A stretch of DNA of 64,000 nt from Styela clava (GCF_964204865.1 NC_135257.1:14942001-15006000); one strand, 5' to 3'; positions 1 through 13,385 are shown, counted from the first letter of the stretch. Numbers and translations: made by a program. Notes: generated by a model from the sequence alone, not told the origin.

Positions 1-1369
1 GTGTATCGAAGTTTACCAAGTCTCCAGCATTATAACGATCATTGGCCAAATTTGCAAATTTCCACAAATGCTGAGATGGAAACCTTTTGACAATTTTTCT
101 CAGTACAGTTAAGTCATCCAAATTGGCTCTAATACCAAATTGTGAAAATGTTATAAATGTGCTTCTTGCTTGAGTAAGCAATTTATCCCAAGCTTCAATG
201 TCATTAACTTTTATTGCGGGTCCCTCACACAACAAATTAAGATGTGCATCAATGATTAAATGAGTCTGACCATAATTTCGATGAAGAATATTACGTGCCA
301 AATTGTATCCCTCTTCTGATGGTAAATTTCCACATGATTTTATAGCTTCCTTTGCTTCACCAGTGCAATGAGATATTAGATAATTTAATTTTGTAGCAGT
401 GTCCAGTTTGCATGATCCAATATAGTTATTGAATTCACGAACGAATTCAGGATATTTTAGTACGTTCCCGTCAAATACAGAAAGCTTAATCTGAGGTAAT
501 GTGAATCCCTGCTTGATTATATTTGCCACATCAGTCATGCCCGCCATCATCGCCCTGGTCAATTGCGCTACAGCATTCAGGGTCATGTTAGGCATTTCAG
601 TAGCAAAAGGCTTGGCCACATCTGGCGCCCTCATGCCTCCCCTAACATCATCATACACGATATCATGCTTGGCAGATTTGAAATCAGGCTTAATCTCTGG
701 CTTGACGTAATTAGGCAACAATAATTGCTCCGCACTAATCTGTGGATCTAGTGGTTGCTCGCAATTATCAGGTAAAATAGGACTCACCAATATCTTCTGA
801 GTCACAGGCACCTCATGCTCCTGGCTTGAGTAATGGATAGGTATGCCTGGATCCAACATGCAAATAGGCCGCTGTACAATTTCTTCCGCAGTAGAATGTT
901 TATCCTGATCCGTATTTACAATTTTGAAAATACTCCTGTTACAATCCTCATTAAAATCTAATATTTCCGATTTATCATCATGTTTATTTAATATTTGTGC
1001 ATCATGACTTGGCACAGAAAACAGTCCCTTCCCCCCTGGTGTCTTCACGTATTCCATCAATCTCTTCGGTGATAAGGTAGTAAAGGATTCCACATCTTCT
1101 TCTTCATCATCCCGCGTTGAGCCTTTGCTTGATCTTGCCGCGACGCTTTCCAATTCTATCTTCGCTTGTTCTGCTTCCGTTTCCGCATCCAATATACTTC
1201 GCTGAAGTTCAAGTTGGACACGTTTACGCTCAAGTTCAACACGTTCGCTCTCAAGCGCAGCTTCCTTTTTTGCCCGCTCCAACTTTAATTGCGCTAAACG
1301 TAGATTACGCTCGGCCTTGGCTTGATCCGACTTCATCGACGATGTTATCGATGTCCGAGACGACGACAT
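1..1369 (-). mobile_element. BEL/Pao LTR retrotransposon gag ORF (DUF1759-type capsid region), open and truncated by the left edge of the window
   Basis: Manual translation from ATG at 1369 has no stop for 456 codons. It reads MSSSRTSITSS, then a coiled coil (AERNLRLAQLKLERAKKEAALESERVELERKR), then LPQIKLSVFDGNVLKYPEFVREF..KLNYLISHCTGEAKEAI..GYNLARNILHRNYG, typical of Pao gag. It is absent from the ORF track, probably because no stop falls inside the window. Confidence 0.88.
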
Positions 1370-2265
1370 TTCGACAATATAAACGCTTAGATGTTTCCTT
1401 TCAATTGATTTACGATAAAGTTCACACGATCAAAGTATCCACGAATGGCGAGTGTCACGAAGCCAATATTTAGCAACAAATGTAGATTATAAGCGACTTA
1501 ACACTTATGATGAGGCTCTACAAGAAGCCTATAACGTGTTGGGCGGTGACACTTCGCGCTATTAACTTCCCCTGATGTATAACCTGCCAGGTTTCTCGAT
1601 AATTAACAACTCCACAACTTTGAATATGAACGAAATGTAATGCAGTCGATAAAATACCAGTCTACATGCACAAGTACGATATAGACGAATAAATAAACGA
1701 CGAAATTGTGTGATGATAAGAACAAATAATTCCAGTATTGTAGAGACACAAACGATCACAGTATTGTAGAATGTAGACGTCCAAATAAAGTTATGTTGAG
1801 GTTGAGGTTGAGGTTGAGGGTTGCTAAAGTTTACGACCAACCCAACAGGCAGGTTAATAACATACTTAATTCTAAAGATGCAAACAATAGCAACATTACA
1901 ATATGAAAACAAATCAAACCCTATTATTTAACTTAAAGACAAGCGAATAAATCCGCTCATTACGGCATATGAATTAGCATTACTAACAGACTAACCGGCA
2001 AACTCTTAGCACAAATAAATTGTAAACAGCCGACTGGCAATGATTTGAAATAATAAACAAACACAAAAACGAGAGAAAAGAAAAATCGATAAAAGACTTT
2101 GTTCCCGCCGACAGGCCTATTCCTACCCACGAACAGATGGTGCAATCGCCTTGAAGGGAGTAGTTTATTAGCGGTCATTCGACAAAAGTGCAATGACCGA
2201 TTTCTCTCGAAATAACCCCGGGTCAAATATATGCCAAATAAAACAAAGAAACTTTGTCTGTAACA
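1370..2265 (-). repeat. Putative 5' LTR and leader of the BEL/Pao element
   Basis: Lies upstream of gag. The minus strand begins TGTTACA at 2265, an LTR-like TG start. A (GTTGAG)4 microsatellite sits at ~1795-1818. The inner LTR boundary and PBS were not identified and the partner LTR is outside the window. Confidence 0.35.
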
Positions 2266-2358
2266 GTTTGCATAATTCGAAGGTCAATTAATTGGCACAA
2301 ACGAACGTGATAAACAATTTCGTACAGGAAACGAGAAGATTCGCGTTTCGAGAGAGGC

Positions 2359-2566
2359 AGGTTGTAATGTTAATGGTTAATGTTAAGATTAATGGGGGGA
2401 ATGGGATTAAATAAAAAAATGATAAACAAAAACATGGAAACAAAAAAAAATATTTATTTATATATTTATAATAAAATGATTTGATACCAAAATATTAATA
2501 CGAAAATTCCGTTTGGCATTGGAATTTATTTGGCACAAAAAAAAAAAAAAAAAGGTTGTAATGTTA
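2359..2566 (+). mobile_element. Short retroposed insertion with poly(A) tail and 14-bp TSD
   Basis: AGGTTGTAATGTTA at 2359-2372 and 2553-2566 flanks 180 bp that end in an A-run of ~16 nt. Confidence 0.75.
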
Positions 2567-3935
2567 CTGTATATTTATGTAGGTCTTCGTACATAATCAA
2601 ATATGTTCCTCCCTTCCCTCACCCCAGGAAACTATATTATTCTTTTGCAATTAGGGCAATCCATGGCATGGAAACAATGTTTCGCTTTATACTGAACTAA
2701 CTGCAGCAAGTAGAGTTCATGTTTATACGGAGCACAAAGTTCTGAAATTGCAATTGTCAACAAGAGTCATATTGCTTCGAGCATTACCGGTACGGTAGAT
2801 GTCACATACTTCTGTACTTACATATAAATGTATGTATGTTTATTCGTCTTGTAATAGTGAAAAATAAATAATTTTTTTTTACATGCTTTATCTTAAAAAT
2901 AATTGTAATCGTATAAAATGATGATTATGAAAAAAATGGAATTATGGAAAAAATGAACCGTGATGAATTCTTCCTTGGAACAACCATGAATAAAATGTAA
3001 AACATATTATTAATGTACTGTTGGTAATTCTTTTTGATATTATTTTATATGTTATTTTTCATTAAAAAAAAAATGAAAAATAAATTGCCAATTATTATTA
3101 AGACAGGATGCATGCACAAGATCTACTGGACTAAAACACAAATGTACGGCATGTACCCCTTATGACAAATATAAAACAAAAAACGTTAGAATAAATATGT
3201 ATAGGCCTAATATGGTCCCTTATATAGACAGTTGTGCAATGTCAGAATGTGGGGCAATGGGTTGATTGGAGTGGTGAAAGTGATAATGGTGGAGTATGCA
3301 AAACTGTTTATACAGGGGAGTTTATAAGACAATATATATAAATAGAGCCAACACAACACCAGGTACAGGTACATAATGATGAAATCAAGATTTAGGCATA
3401 AATACAGCACCTTTGAGTGGTGAGACCATATAATTTAAATGGGCCAAGTATTAAAAGTGAATGTCGGTTCTTGTGTCTATATGGTATGCGGCACTCAAGG
3501 GTGATAGTAGAGTCTTCAATAGAATATGGCTATTTCAGCAAAAATGTGAACCATGCAGATTTTGATAAAATACTTCATTTCGCGTATCAAAATTTAGGTT
3601 TTCTTGTTTTATATATTAAATTAAAGCAGAATGTAGTAAGAATATAAAATAAAAATAAACTTGATGAAAAGCATTTCAATAAAACCTACCATGATTGCAT
3701 TTTTGCCAGAAGAAAAGAAATGTATAAAAGTACTATTCAATTGAGGCTATTACATTATAACTGTACTGACTTATGCATTCTTGCTATTATGGTACGGTAC
3801 TGTATTAGTGAAATTGTGTCTTTTAGTACGATTTATTTTTGTTTAATTTCTTTAGGCTCAATAGGTCTAGCCTAGTCCTAATTGTCAATTTCTTTTAGAT
3901 ATTTAGAAGTTATCTGTGTAATAATAAATACTTCC

Positions 3936-5135
3936 ATGATGGATAACAGAAAACGTGCTCCTGTAATAGTGATTTCAAATGATGTTCTGGATGATCTATG
4001 CAGCCGATTTTTATTGAATATTCCAGGACCTGAGAAAGATGATATGGTTCGTCTCTGTTTTCAAATTGAATTGGCCCATTGGTTTTATTTGGATTTTTAT
4101 CGAACAGAAAATCAGGATTTACCTGACTGTCGTGTACGAGATTTTGCGAAAATTATTTTTGAAAACTATCCATTCCTGCTCAAACCGACTGGTGCTAATA
4201 TTGATGAGGTAATAGATCGTTGGAGAGAATACAAACGTAGTGTTCCAACTTATGGTGCAGTTATCCTGGACGAAACTATGGACCATGTTTTACTTGTTCA
4301 AGGTTTTGTTGTTAAATCTAGCTGGGGATTTCCAAAAGGGAAAGTAAATAAAAATGAAAAGGCGGAAGATTGTGCTGCTCGTGAAGTTCTAGAAGAAACA
4401 GGATTTAACATAAAACCATACATGAACACAACAGAATATGTTGAACAGAGATTCAACGAACAACTCACAAGGTTGTATTATGTGGTTGGTGTGCCCTGCA
4501 TGACAAAATTTTCTCCTAAAACACGAGGGGAAATTAAAAGTGTAGAGTGGTTTAATATGGATGACTTGCCATGCCATAAAAAAGACATGACCCCCAAACA
4601 AAATTTATCTATGGCACCAAATAATTTTTTTATGGTGATACCTTTTGTTGCAAAGATACGAAAATGGATTGCAGGACAGAGAAATCGCTTTCAGAAGACC
4701 CAGAAATCTTCGAAACCATCAACACCAGTGAAAAAAATCCATCATTCAGGTAGCAATCATAAACTTGAAGGTCTCAGCAAAGCTCAGTTTGAGCATCTAT
4801 CAAGCACAAATCCTCTACCAGTTGTGAATAAGAAAGAAGATTCTTTAAGAGAAGCTGAAAGACAAAGACAATATTTTGCACAAGAAAACAACCTACAATT
4901 AGAAAAAATTCTACGAATTAAATCTGGAAAAAGTTCTCCTCAACCACAAAAAATTCAACCAAGAAACAGGTCTAATTCTCCTCATCATAAGTTGTCTTCG
5001 CCTGTGGGATATAGCTATGTCTCGAATCGTGGCCGAGGACGAATTTTATACAGTGAGGCCATGCCCGAATGTTGGAAAAACTTTCAGTTTGATTTAGCCT
5101 CGTTGCAGAAGGTCATTGATGAGTTTACACCGTAG
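3936..5135 (+). CDS. DCP2: mRNA-decapping enzyme 2 (Nudix hydrolase), single coding exon, ~399 aa
   Basis: Box A ([29 protein letters not shown]), Nudix box ([27 protein letters not shown]), [13 protein letters not shown], and C-terminal WKNFQFD motif. The first ATG is at 3936 (the ORF-track start is TTG). An acceptor-like TTTCTTTTAG ends at 3898. Confidence 0.96.
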   Translation: MMDNRKRAPVIVISNDVLDDLCSRFLLNIPGPEKDDMVRLCFQIELAHWFYLDFYRTENQDLPDCRVRDFAKIIFENYPFLLKPTGANIDEVIDRWREYKRSVPTYGAVILDETMDHVLLVQGFVVKSSWGFPKGKVNKNEKAEDCAAREVLEETGFNIKPYMNTTEYVEQRFNEQLTRLYYVVGVPCMTKFSPKTRGEIKSVEWFNMDDLPCHKKDMTPKQNLSMAPNNFFMVIPFVAKIRKWIAGQRNRFQKTQKSSKPSTPVKKIHHSGSNHKLEGLSKAQFEHLSSTNPLPVVNKKEDSLREAERQRQYFAQENNLQLEKILRIKSGKSSPQPQKIQPRNRSNSPHHKLSSPVGYSYVSNRGRGRILYSEAMPECWKNFQFDLASLQKVIDEFTP

Positions 5136-6233
5136 TTATTAGTTACTACCTGATAACTATTCCCTTATGCATTTTTATCGTTGAAGGCTTTTGCACTGTT
5201 TAACAAATTTAAAATAAATGATTTTGTTTTACAGAATAGTGTTATTGGATTTAAATGAGATGAAATTGTGTTTTATTTTTTTTAAAGGAAATTTGTCAGA
5301 AGCAAAATTTGCTCTTTCACTCACTGAGAAATAAAGGTCGTTGATCTCTAAGCAAAGTTACAAACGTCCGCTAATGTGTCAAGAGCTACACAGACTATAT
5401 ATAGAGTTATAAGATAGAATTACACATTGGTAAATACCAATTGACAGAAAACATTTAAAAGCTGTTTCTGTCAATACAATCAGGAAAACAGTTATAAGGT
5501 AGTGAATTCCACATAACTGAAGTTCTTGAAAAATATTTTTGGTCATTTTGACTGGTAGGTACACTGACACTAAACTGGGGTGAGTGCCAACCAAGTTTGA
5601 CCACTGAAAACTTTTTTAGAAATAAATCCAGAAGAACACAGTTCATTATAATATCTGTAAAATGTTCACAGTGATGCAACATTCTGTTGATGGGAAAGAC
5701 CTTGGCAGTTCAGATGACAATTACATAGTATGAGATTAAAAAGTAATTTGAATTTACAACATCTTGTCTAACATGTATGATTAATTTGAGTTTGTCTCCA
5801 CGCATAGATAGACAAGACAAAAGGGAAAGCCACACCAAGCCTCAAAATTTTATATGGTTTTCTCTTTTGTACCGGATAATTGTTTTGGTATTTCAGAGCT
5901 ATTCGAATTATCCACCTGGCCTTAGCATTTACACCAAAGAATATATAACGTACAATCTGGTCATATAACTTTGAATAAAACTATTACATTTCATATCACT
6001 GTGTGCTAGTTAGTGTCTATTAACAGATTATGTGTTGAATACAATGATTTACCATTTATATAGACTTTTCTGTGGTTGAATCAAGTAGCCTTTTGCATAT
6101 TATTTTAATCAACAAGGAAAAGTCTTTATGTATTGGTGTTTATTATTTCATCATTTCTTGTTTATTTCCTTTGGTTTTGTTAATTCTTCAACTTCAAAGG
6201 TATGAGCACTGATAGATCTTTATATTTATCTAG

Positions 6234-6365
6234 AGAAGTGATTCTCAATCTTTTATGACTTGTCCCCTTCTGGGGTATATAATCACCCGTGGCCCCCTTC
6301 TGGAGGATATAAGCACTCGTAGCTCCCCTTGCATAACCCCCTTCTGAAGAATATAAGCACTCGTA
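6234..6365. repeat. hAT-type MITE end with ~33-bp tandem subrepeats
   Basis: AGTGATTCTCAATCTTTT terminus followed by three CCCCTTCTG..TATAAGCACTCGT-like units. The partner end was not found. Confidence 0.45.
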
Positions 6366-7577
6366 TTTTTTACTGAAAATGCAAAGAGTTTCTAATTAAG
6401 AAACTAATTTTACGATCGATGACGCTATTAGAGATATTAGCATTCTGTAATTCACTAGACTTTTTAGTTTGGAATTTGGGTCCAAACTTCATACCTGCAA
6501 GTAACAATGATTTATACTTACATTTGTTTTGATAAAAGTATACAAGTTGTAATAGAAAAGCAGTTAATAAAAGACAACTTTTAAGAAATTGGTTCAATTC
6601 CGTTTACAATTATGTTTAATTGAATCCTTTCCCACTGAAAGTTTAAAACATTGGGTTGGAAATAATGTAAGACTTTTTTTGAATGCACTGGAGTTTTTTT
6701 TTCAATTTTCTGACATCAAGCAAGATTTGTTTTTATTCATCACTTTGTACATAAAAAACTGATATAATATCAAACTTATTGCGGATATAGGTTGAAATAT
6801 TTTATTCAATTTTGATGATGTACATGTTTATTTATGTAACAAGAGAGCAATTCTCAAATATATGGGAACGAAGGAACCTCATCAGTACCTGTATGGTAAG
6901 AAAGGAGATTTTTCAACTAATGTCACCCCAGCAACAATTAGCAAAACGAAACATATGTATACTTTGTGTACAAAAAGTGATACTTAATCCTCTCAGCACC
7001 CATCCATCAGTATGTCCGACACTTTTGTGCTTTTATTCTGTTCACCACATGTTTTTATCTTTGTATGTTTGTTCCCTTTCGAGTTGAAATATGAGCCAAG
7101 TAAACTTGAAGATGTGTTGTCTTTATATTAGCACCAATTGTCACTGGGTAAGCCTTGTCTAAAATAAGCAACAGGGAAAAAAATATAATTCTATTCTTGT
7201 GAGAAAAATTATGATTAGTCAGTTCCAATCTAGGAATTTGGGGATCTTAAAATATGAGCTTCTCTAAAATGTTTCATCTTCTGGTTCCGTGGATGAGCTG
7301 ATAGATCAACTACTCACAGAAATCTGTGGGACTCGGGCTGAAACAATTTATTCAAAATAAATGTAATGTACTGCATCTAAGGCTAATATCAGAGTGCTTC
7401 TTCAAACATCAATCATTGGAGGGATGAAGGTTTTGATTTGTATTGTCATAATTTATTTTCCTACATTTCTGCAAGAAAAATTTTTTTCATCCAAGGTGTT
7501 TTATCATCGCAAGGCTTCGCGATGTGCAGTAATGTACGAGTAACTTGAGAAATATAAGTTTGCAGCCGTGAGAGATA

Positions 7578-7913
7578 TCGTATTTCCCCGAAAATAAGAC
7601 AGTGTCTTATTTCAATTTTCTTTCGAAAAATAACACTAGGGCTTATTTTGGGGGATGTCTTATAATTTTATTTAACAAAATCAAAATTAGAACGTACAGA
7701 ATTAAGAGATTTTCAAATGAAAACCGATATCCATTTACTTAAATGACACGTTTTACATTACCTAATCATTTGAAACGTATGGGAGAGATTTCTTGCTATC
7801 GACAAAGTAAAAAAATTCGCGTTATTGACTACCGTAGGTCTTATTTAAGGGGAGGGCTCATATTAAAATCATTCTTAAAATTCAGGCTAGGTCTTATTTT
7901 CGGGGAAACACGG
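7578..7913. mobile_element. pogo/Tigger-like MITE
   Basis: TIRs (T)CGTATTTCCCCGAAAATAAGAC ... GTCTTATTTTCGGGGAAACACGG, flanked by TA on both sides. Confidence 0.8.
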
Positions 7914-8789
7914 TACGATTTTAAAGCATAAAAATATTATGGGTTTTCCCATAACTTCGCATGTACTTATATATATATATATACTGTATTAGTAAACAAC
8001 TCCGATGACGAATGTCGAAAAAGTCTTGTGGGGGTGGGGCGAAATGTATGGGCCAAAACGGCTGTAAAGTCTGTATACCATCATAACATTGTACAGTATT
8101 TTTTTAAATGCAATCACGTGCTGAAAACTTTTACTGTTGTTTCAAATTATTATCATCGCGATACTATCATAACGCCGTTCGTCGTTGTTTACTTCATCCA
8201 TTGATTTATATGCTTGATAGTGTTGTATGGTAAAGAATATAGATAGATGTGTTGTGTGTATGGTATATATAACAATTGGAATGCCTCAAAATTTTGGTAT
8301 CCGCATGTAACAAGTATGCGTGTTCCAGCGTTTATTTTGCTTTCTCTTTAATCACATGTGATTATTGCCCAAATGCGTCGACTTGGCTAAAGCGCGTTTG
8401 TCTTCGTCACACTATCAATTTTATTTTCATTTTTTTGTACTTCTATGTATGACTCACTTTATGTTACATGAAACGCCAGACGAGTCTCTTTATAAATGTT
8501 ATCATGCGCGTTCTACAGGAGTGGTAGCACAAAAGTCATATTGGAGGTGTCAAAATAGGGCTGACGAAATGCGGTCGTTGCGTATTAAATTGGGGGTGAC
8601 GAAATAGGGTCGTCGAGTCAAGTTAGGGGTGACGAAATACGGTCGGTGTGTGTCAGATTAAGGGTGGCGAAATACGGTCGGTGCGTGTCAGATTGGGGGT
8701 GACGAAACACGATCGTTCCGTGGTGTCAGGTTGGGGGTGACGAAATACGGTCGCTGCGAAGAAACCTTAAAGATTTGATTTCAAGGGTT

Positions 8790-9120
8790 CAATAGCGCAG
8801 TCAATATTCGAATATATTGCAATGCAATAAGAAAATAAAATTCATATTCTATTCGAGACATTCATCACTGCTTAATTTTTGTAAGAATGTATCTTCTTAA
8901 AGGAAATCTTTATCAAAATTTCACAAATCATGCGAAAATATTCACTTCGATGTTTGGAAGTACATATTTGTGCGAACAATTTTTTTCAAAAATGAACATT
9001 ACAAAGAACAAGCAAAGAACTGGGATTAGTGATGCCCATTTGGAAAATGTTCCACATTTGGCGTCGTAAAGCTACTCAGCGTGATGCAGCAACAAGACAG
9101 TGTCACATTAAATGTCATTG
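8790..9120 (+). pseudogene. hAT (Charlie/GTF2IRD2-like) transposase C-terminal dimerisation-domain fragment
   Basis: Reads HAKIFTSMFGSTYLCEQFFSKMNITKNKQRTGISDAHLE. A hAT-like terminus (CAGTGGTTCCCAAAC, minus strand) lies at ~9857-9871. Confidence 0.85.
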
Positions 9121-10052
9121 TAATATTTTTTTAATAAGACGACTGAGTTGAGTTCACGGATTGTCGCAGTTTTCGCGCGCTGTTCCGTTTTTAACTTTCA
9201 AAAAATATATGCGACCCGCAAAAGACTGGCAACCCTGAATTTTGTCCCGTGAGCCGTAGCCGATAGTCGATCACGACTTCTTCCACATCCGAGTCCATGA
9301 ATCCAAAAACAAATGGCTGATTAATTATGGACTGGTGATCGGACTGGAGGCCGTGGTAGGATGAGGAATCGGGGATGAATTTTACCAAAGTATTTTGGTG
9401 CATGTCATCATGCTGTACGAATGAATGAGATGTACGAAAATCATTATTAAAAGGTTTGGGAAAATTAACTTTGTTTTCATTATTTTAATGTGAAATAGGA
9501 TGAATTTAGGAAGTGAAATACTATAAGGCAAGAGTACACGGCGGTTTTTGAGGAGGTAGAACCCTGGATTCTTTCATTTCCGACCTATTATATAGTGAAA
9601 AAGGGGTTTTCAGCCGTGCTACTATTGCTTTCAAAACAACGAAATCGCCTTTTCACCAGTAAACGGGGTAATTTAAGATACAATAAAAAACTCGCTGAAG
9701 AACACCAAGCTCATCTATTTCATTAAAAAACACTATAAACTATGATTTGCCTTCTTATTTGATCTGTAATATATTCGTTTCTGACTTTATATTTTTTGTA
9801 TTGCCGGGGGGCGATGAAGTTGTATAAACTACTATAGGGGGGCGATTGTCAAAAAAGTTTGGGAACCACTGGTCTAATACATTTAAAGCAAGTATAGGGG
9901 TGACGAAATGAGGTCGTTGTGTGTCAAAATGGGAGTGACGAAACATGGTCGTCGAGTCAAGTTAGGGGTGGCGAAATACGGTCGTTCGTGGTGTCAGGTT
10001 GGGGGTGACGAAATACGGTCGCTGCGAAGAAACCTTAAATATTTGATTTCCG

Positions 10053-12250
10053 CATGTCAGAATAGTAGCAGCACGTTTTAAACTGGACATATATAATACC
10101 AAACATAGCGTATATTCCGGTAGTTTTATGAAAAGTATATATGTATCATAGTTAAAAGTGGTTTTGTAGTTCAACTAAATTTGCTAGATAATTTAACAAT
10201 TATCTTTTCACTTTTCAATATAGCGATATTGGACGTATAGTACATTTAAAATAAGTATCGGAGAGTATAAAATAGGAAAAAAAAACATTTAACGTCCCCT
10301 CGTGGGTACTTTTTGAAATGTCAAAAAATCAAAGTTTTGGATGGGCGATTTCTCGAAAACTTTCAATAAAGTCAGCATTACGATATATTTACAAAAAAAG
10401 AAAATAAAAAATCATATAAATTCGATTTCATCATGTCAGAATTGTAGCAGCACGTTTTGACCTGGCCATATATAATACCAAACATGGCGTATATTCCGAT
10501 AATTTTATGAAAATATAAATGTATCATAGTTAAAAGTGGTTTTGTTTTTCAACTAAATTTACTAAATAATTGAACAATTATCTTTTTTACTTTCGCATAC
10601 TCTGATACTGAACGTTTTTAAACATGGAATAAGTTACAGGTATTGTAAAATAACGATAAACATTATATGTCCTCTCGTGGATTATTTTCAATTCTGAAAA
10701 ATTACAATTTTGGTTGGACGATTTTTGGAAAACCTCCTATAAAGACAGCAATACGACACACTGGGAAAAAAGGGGAGACGTAATAGATTCGATTTATCGA
10801 TTGATCGATTTAGATAAAACACAAAACCAATTCAAAATATTTTACGTCTGAAGTGTTGAAATATCGAAGGATATGCGCTGTGTTTGATATTACGTGCTGC
10901 TACTGTTCTACTATGATGAAATGGAATCTATGAGGGTTTTTATTTTCTTCCAATGTGTCATAATACTGCCCTTATAAGACGTTTTCGAGATATAGCCATT
11001 CCAAAAACGATATATTGAAAATTTTGAAAAGAGTCTACGGAAAATCGTGAAATTTTTTTTGTTATTCCAAAGTAAGCTATCCGCAACTTATTCCAACTTT
11101 GAAACCGTGCTGCTACTGTTCTGCTAGGAAGAAATGGAATATAGAAGCTTAGAAAAGGTCCTCTTCTCCCAATGTTGTCTTTATTTAAAATTTCTAAGAA
11201 ATCGCTGTTTGAAGAAGACCTATTTTTACTATCAAAATTTTTTGAAAGAATCTGCAAGAAAGCGTAAATTGTTCTACTATTACATTGTAATTTACGCAAA
11301 TTACAACAACTTGTTAGACGTAGAACACGGAATTTAGACAATAGTTTTAGAAACTATTTACTCGAGTGTTTAGTAAATTTGAGTTGAACCACAAAACCCC
11401 GTTGGAATATTTTTCAAATTGTTAAAAATTCGAAGATTATACGCTGTGTATGGGATTATATACAGCCATATCAAACCGTGCTGCTACTGTTCTGCTATGA
11501 TTAAATGGAATCTAGAAGGGTTCTCCTTTTTTCTTTTTTCTAATATTTCGTAATGTTGGCTTCATTGTAGGTTTTCAAGAAATCGACCAACCAAAACTGT
11601 AGTTATTCAAAATAAAATCCACGAGAGGCCGTATAATGTTTATAGTTATTTTATACCATTCCCAACTTATTCCAAGTGTATAAGACGTTCCGTATCGGTG
11701 TATGAGACGGTAAAAAAGGTAATTGTTCAATTATTTATTAAATTTATTTGAAATACAAAACCACTTTTACCTAAATATATATTTTTCATAAAATTATCGG
11801 AATATACACCATGTTTTTAGTATTATATATGGCCAGTTAAAACGTGCTACTACTATTCTGTCATGATGAATTCGAATCTACAAGATTTCTTTTTTTCTCC
11901 CAATATGTTGTAATGCTGACTTTATAGTAGGTTTTCGAAAAATCGCTCATTCAAAACTGTAATTTTTATTTTTTTATATTTTATACTATTCGGTACTTGT
12001 TTTAAATGTATTAGACGTTCGGTATCAAAGTAAAAATATACTTGTTCAATTTTTCAGTAAATTTAGTTACATAATTTATTTAAACTATGATACATGTATA
12101 TTTTTCATTAAATTATTCGAATATGCGCTATGTTTTGCATTATATATGGCCATGTTGAACCATGCTGCTGTTCTGTCATCATAAAATCTATAGAGTTTCC
12201 CTTTTTCTTAAAATATGTCGTAATCTTGGCTTTATTAGAGGTCATCGAGA
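10053..12250. repeat. ~370-380-bp tandem units that switch orientation at ~10800
   Basis: Marker CAGAATAGTAGCAGCACGTTTT at ~10058 and ~10437. Its reverse complement (ACGTGCTGCTACTGTTCT) recurs at ~10892, 11104, 11475, 11841 and 12159. Confidence 0.8.
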
Positions 12251-12355
12251 AATACCTGCCTAAAAACGAGTCATTGGATCAACTGTAATCAATAGTTCTC
12301 ATAATACTTGTTTTACAGTTTATTTATTGCTACTGTTGCTTGTCTATGCGAACTA

Positions 12356-12575
12356 CAGGGTTGTCGCTATAAAAGCAGAAAATTTATCAAACATTTAATT
12401 TTTACAAAGAATGACTTTAATGAAATTATTAAAAGCATATGCTATATTACATTCATGGATGCTAAAAATGTCGTCTGTGCAGAGCAGTATCTTAGTCCAA
12501 GAAATTAGTAAGAATGCACTTTATCCCTGATGTCATTCGAGCTTCCAAATTTCTGCTTTTCTAGCGACCACCCTG
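12356..12575. mobile_element. Tc1/mariner-type MITE
   Basis: TA|CAGGGTTGTCGCTATAAAAGCAGAAAATTT ... AAATTTCTGCTTTTCTAGCGACCACCCTG|TA. Confidence 0.8.
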
Positions 12576-12789
12576 TATATTTCAAATGTGGCATCCAATG
12601 GTATCCAGCGAATCTAGAATTTAACAGACTAATTCAAAAGGTTTCACCGAATAGCACATAGCCGTATAACTATCATTTCATATTTACATAAACATTTAAA
12701 AGATTCTCGGTAATATTTCGAGTGCAATCTTCTGATTGGACCCATTTCTTTCAAAAACTTTTTCTCATTTCGACTTTGTACATTGTCAC

Positions 12790-13385
12790 ATGTGACCCGC
12801 CGAAGGTTTCCTAGTGGCCCGCGCGATATTATTCGAATCCCAATATTTTTCATAAATCTGAGCCATTATTGAAACTTCTAATAAAAAAGTTATTCCTCGT
12901 CGTTTAAACGCGCGAGAAGCACCACCCAGCTATCGAAAGCTTTTTTTATGTCCCTTTGTGGGCGTAATTACTGGAGAGAGATGTTTGAATTTATTTTTAT
13001 CGTCTGCCTTGTATTTTAATCTGATTTCCTGTCTTTTTTCTGCGAAGCTAGAAGAGGCAGTTTTCGTGACCTCAATATTTGACAGCACTTACTTGTGCGA
13101 GCAAGTTTTTTCACAGATGAACCATGTCAAATCCCCCTGAGATCACTAATTTCGCTAATGAAAAATTCGCTCTGCATTGCTACCTCGTCCATCGCACCGA
13201 ATATTGACAAACTTATTGGATAAAAGCGGTGTCATACTTTACATTGAAATATATATGCGTAGTAAAAACTCTCGACTTTACTATATCTTCGTATTTTCAT
13301 TGTGCTTATAATTTTGGTTTGCGGGTTTTATTTGTTTTTCATTAATCTGGCCCTTCGGTCAAAAAGGTTGGACTTCCATGCACTG
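12790..13385 (+). pseudogene. Second degenerate hAT element with transposase C-terminal fragment
   Basis: Reads FVTSIFDSTYLCEQVFSQMNHVKSP*..CIATSSIAPNIDKL. It has TGGCCC subterminal motifs and an AAAAGGTTGGAC..CACTG-like end. Confidence 0.75.

Noticed and set aside
501-1473. Plus-strand ORFs 501..710 and 1117..1473
   Set aside because: Antisense shadows of the minus-strand gag ORF.
8540-8760. CRISPR-like look of the 20-bp repeats with variable spacers (also 9895-10025, 15175-15335, 17225-17430)
   Set aside because: Spacers are only 13-18 nt and resemble one another, repeats are degenerate, there are no cas genes, the context is eukaryotic, and the arrays form mirror-image transposon arms.
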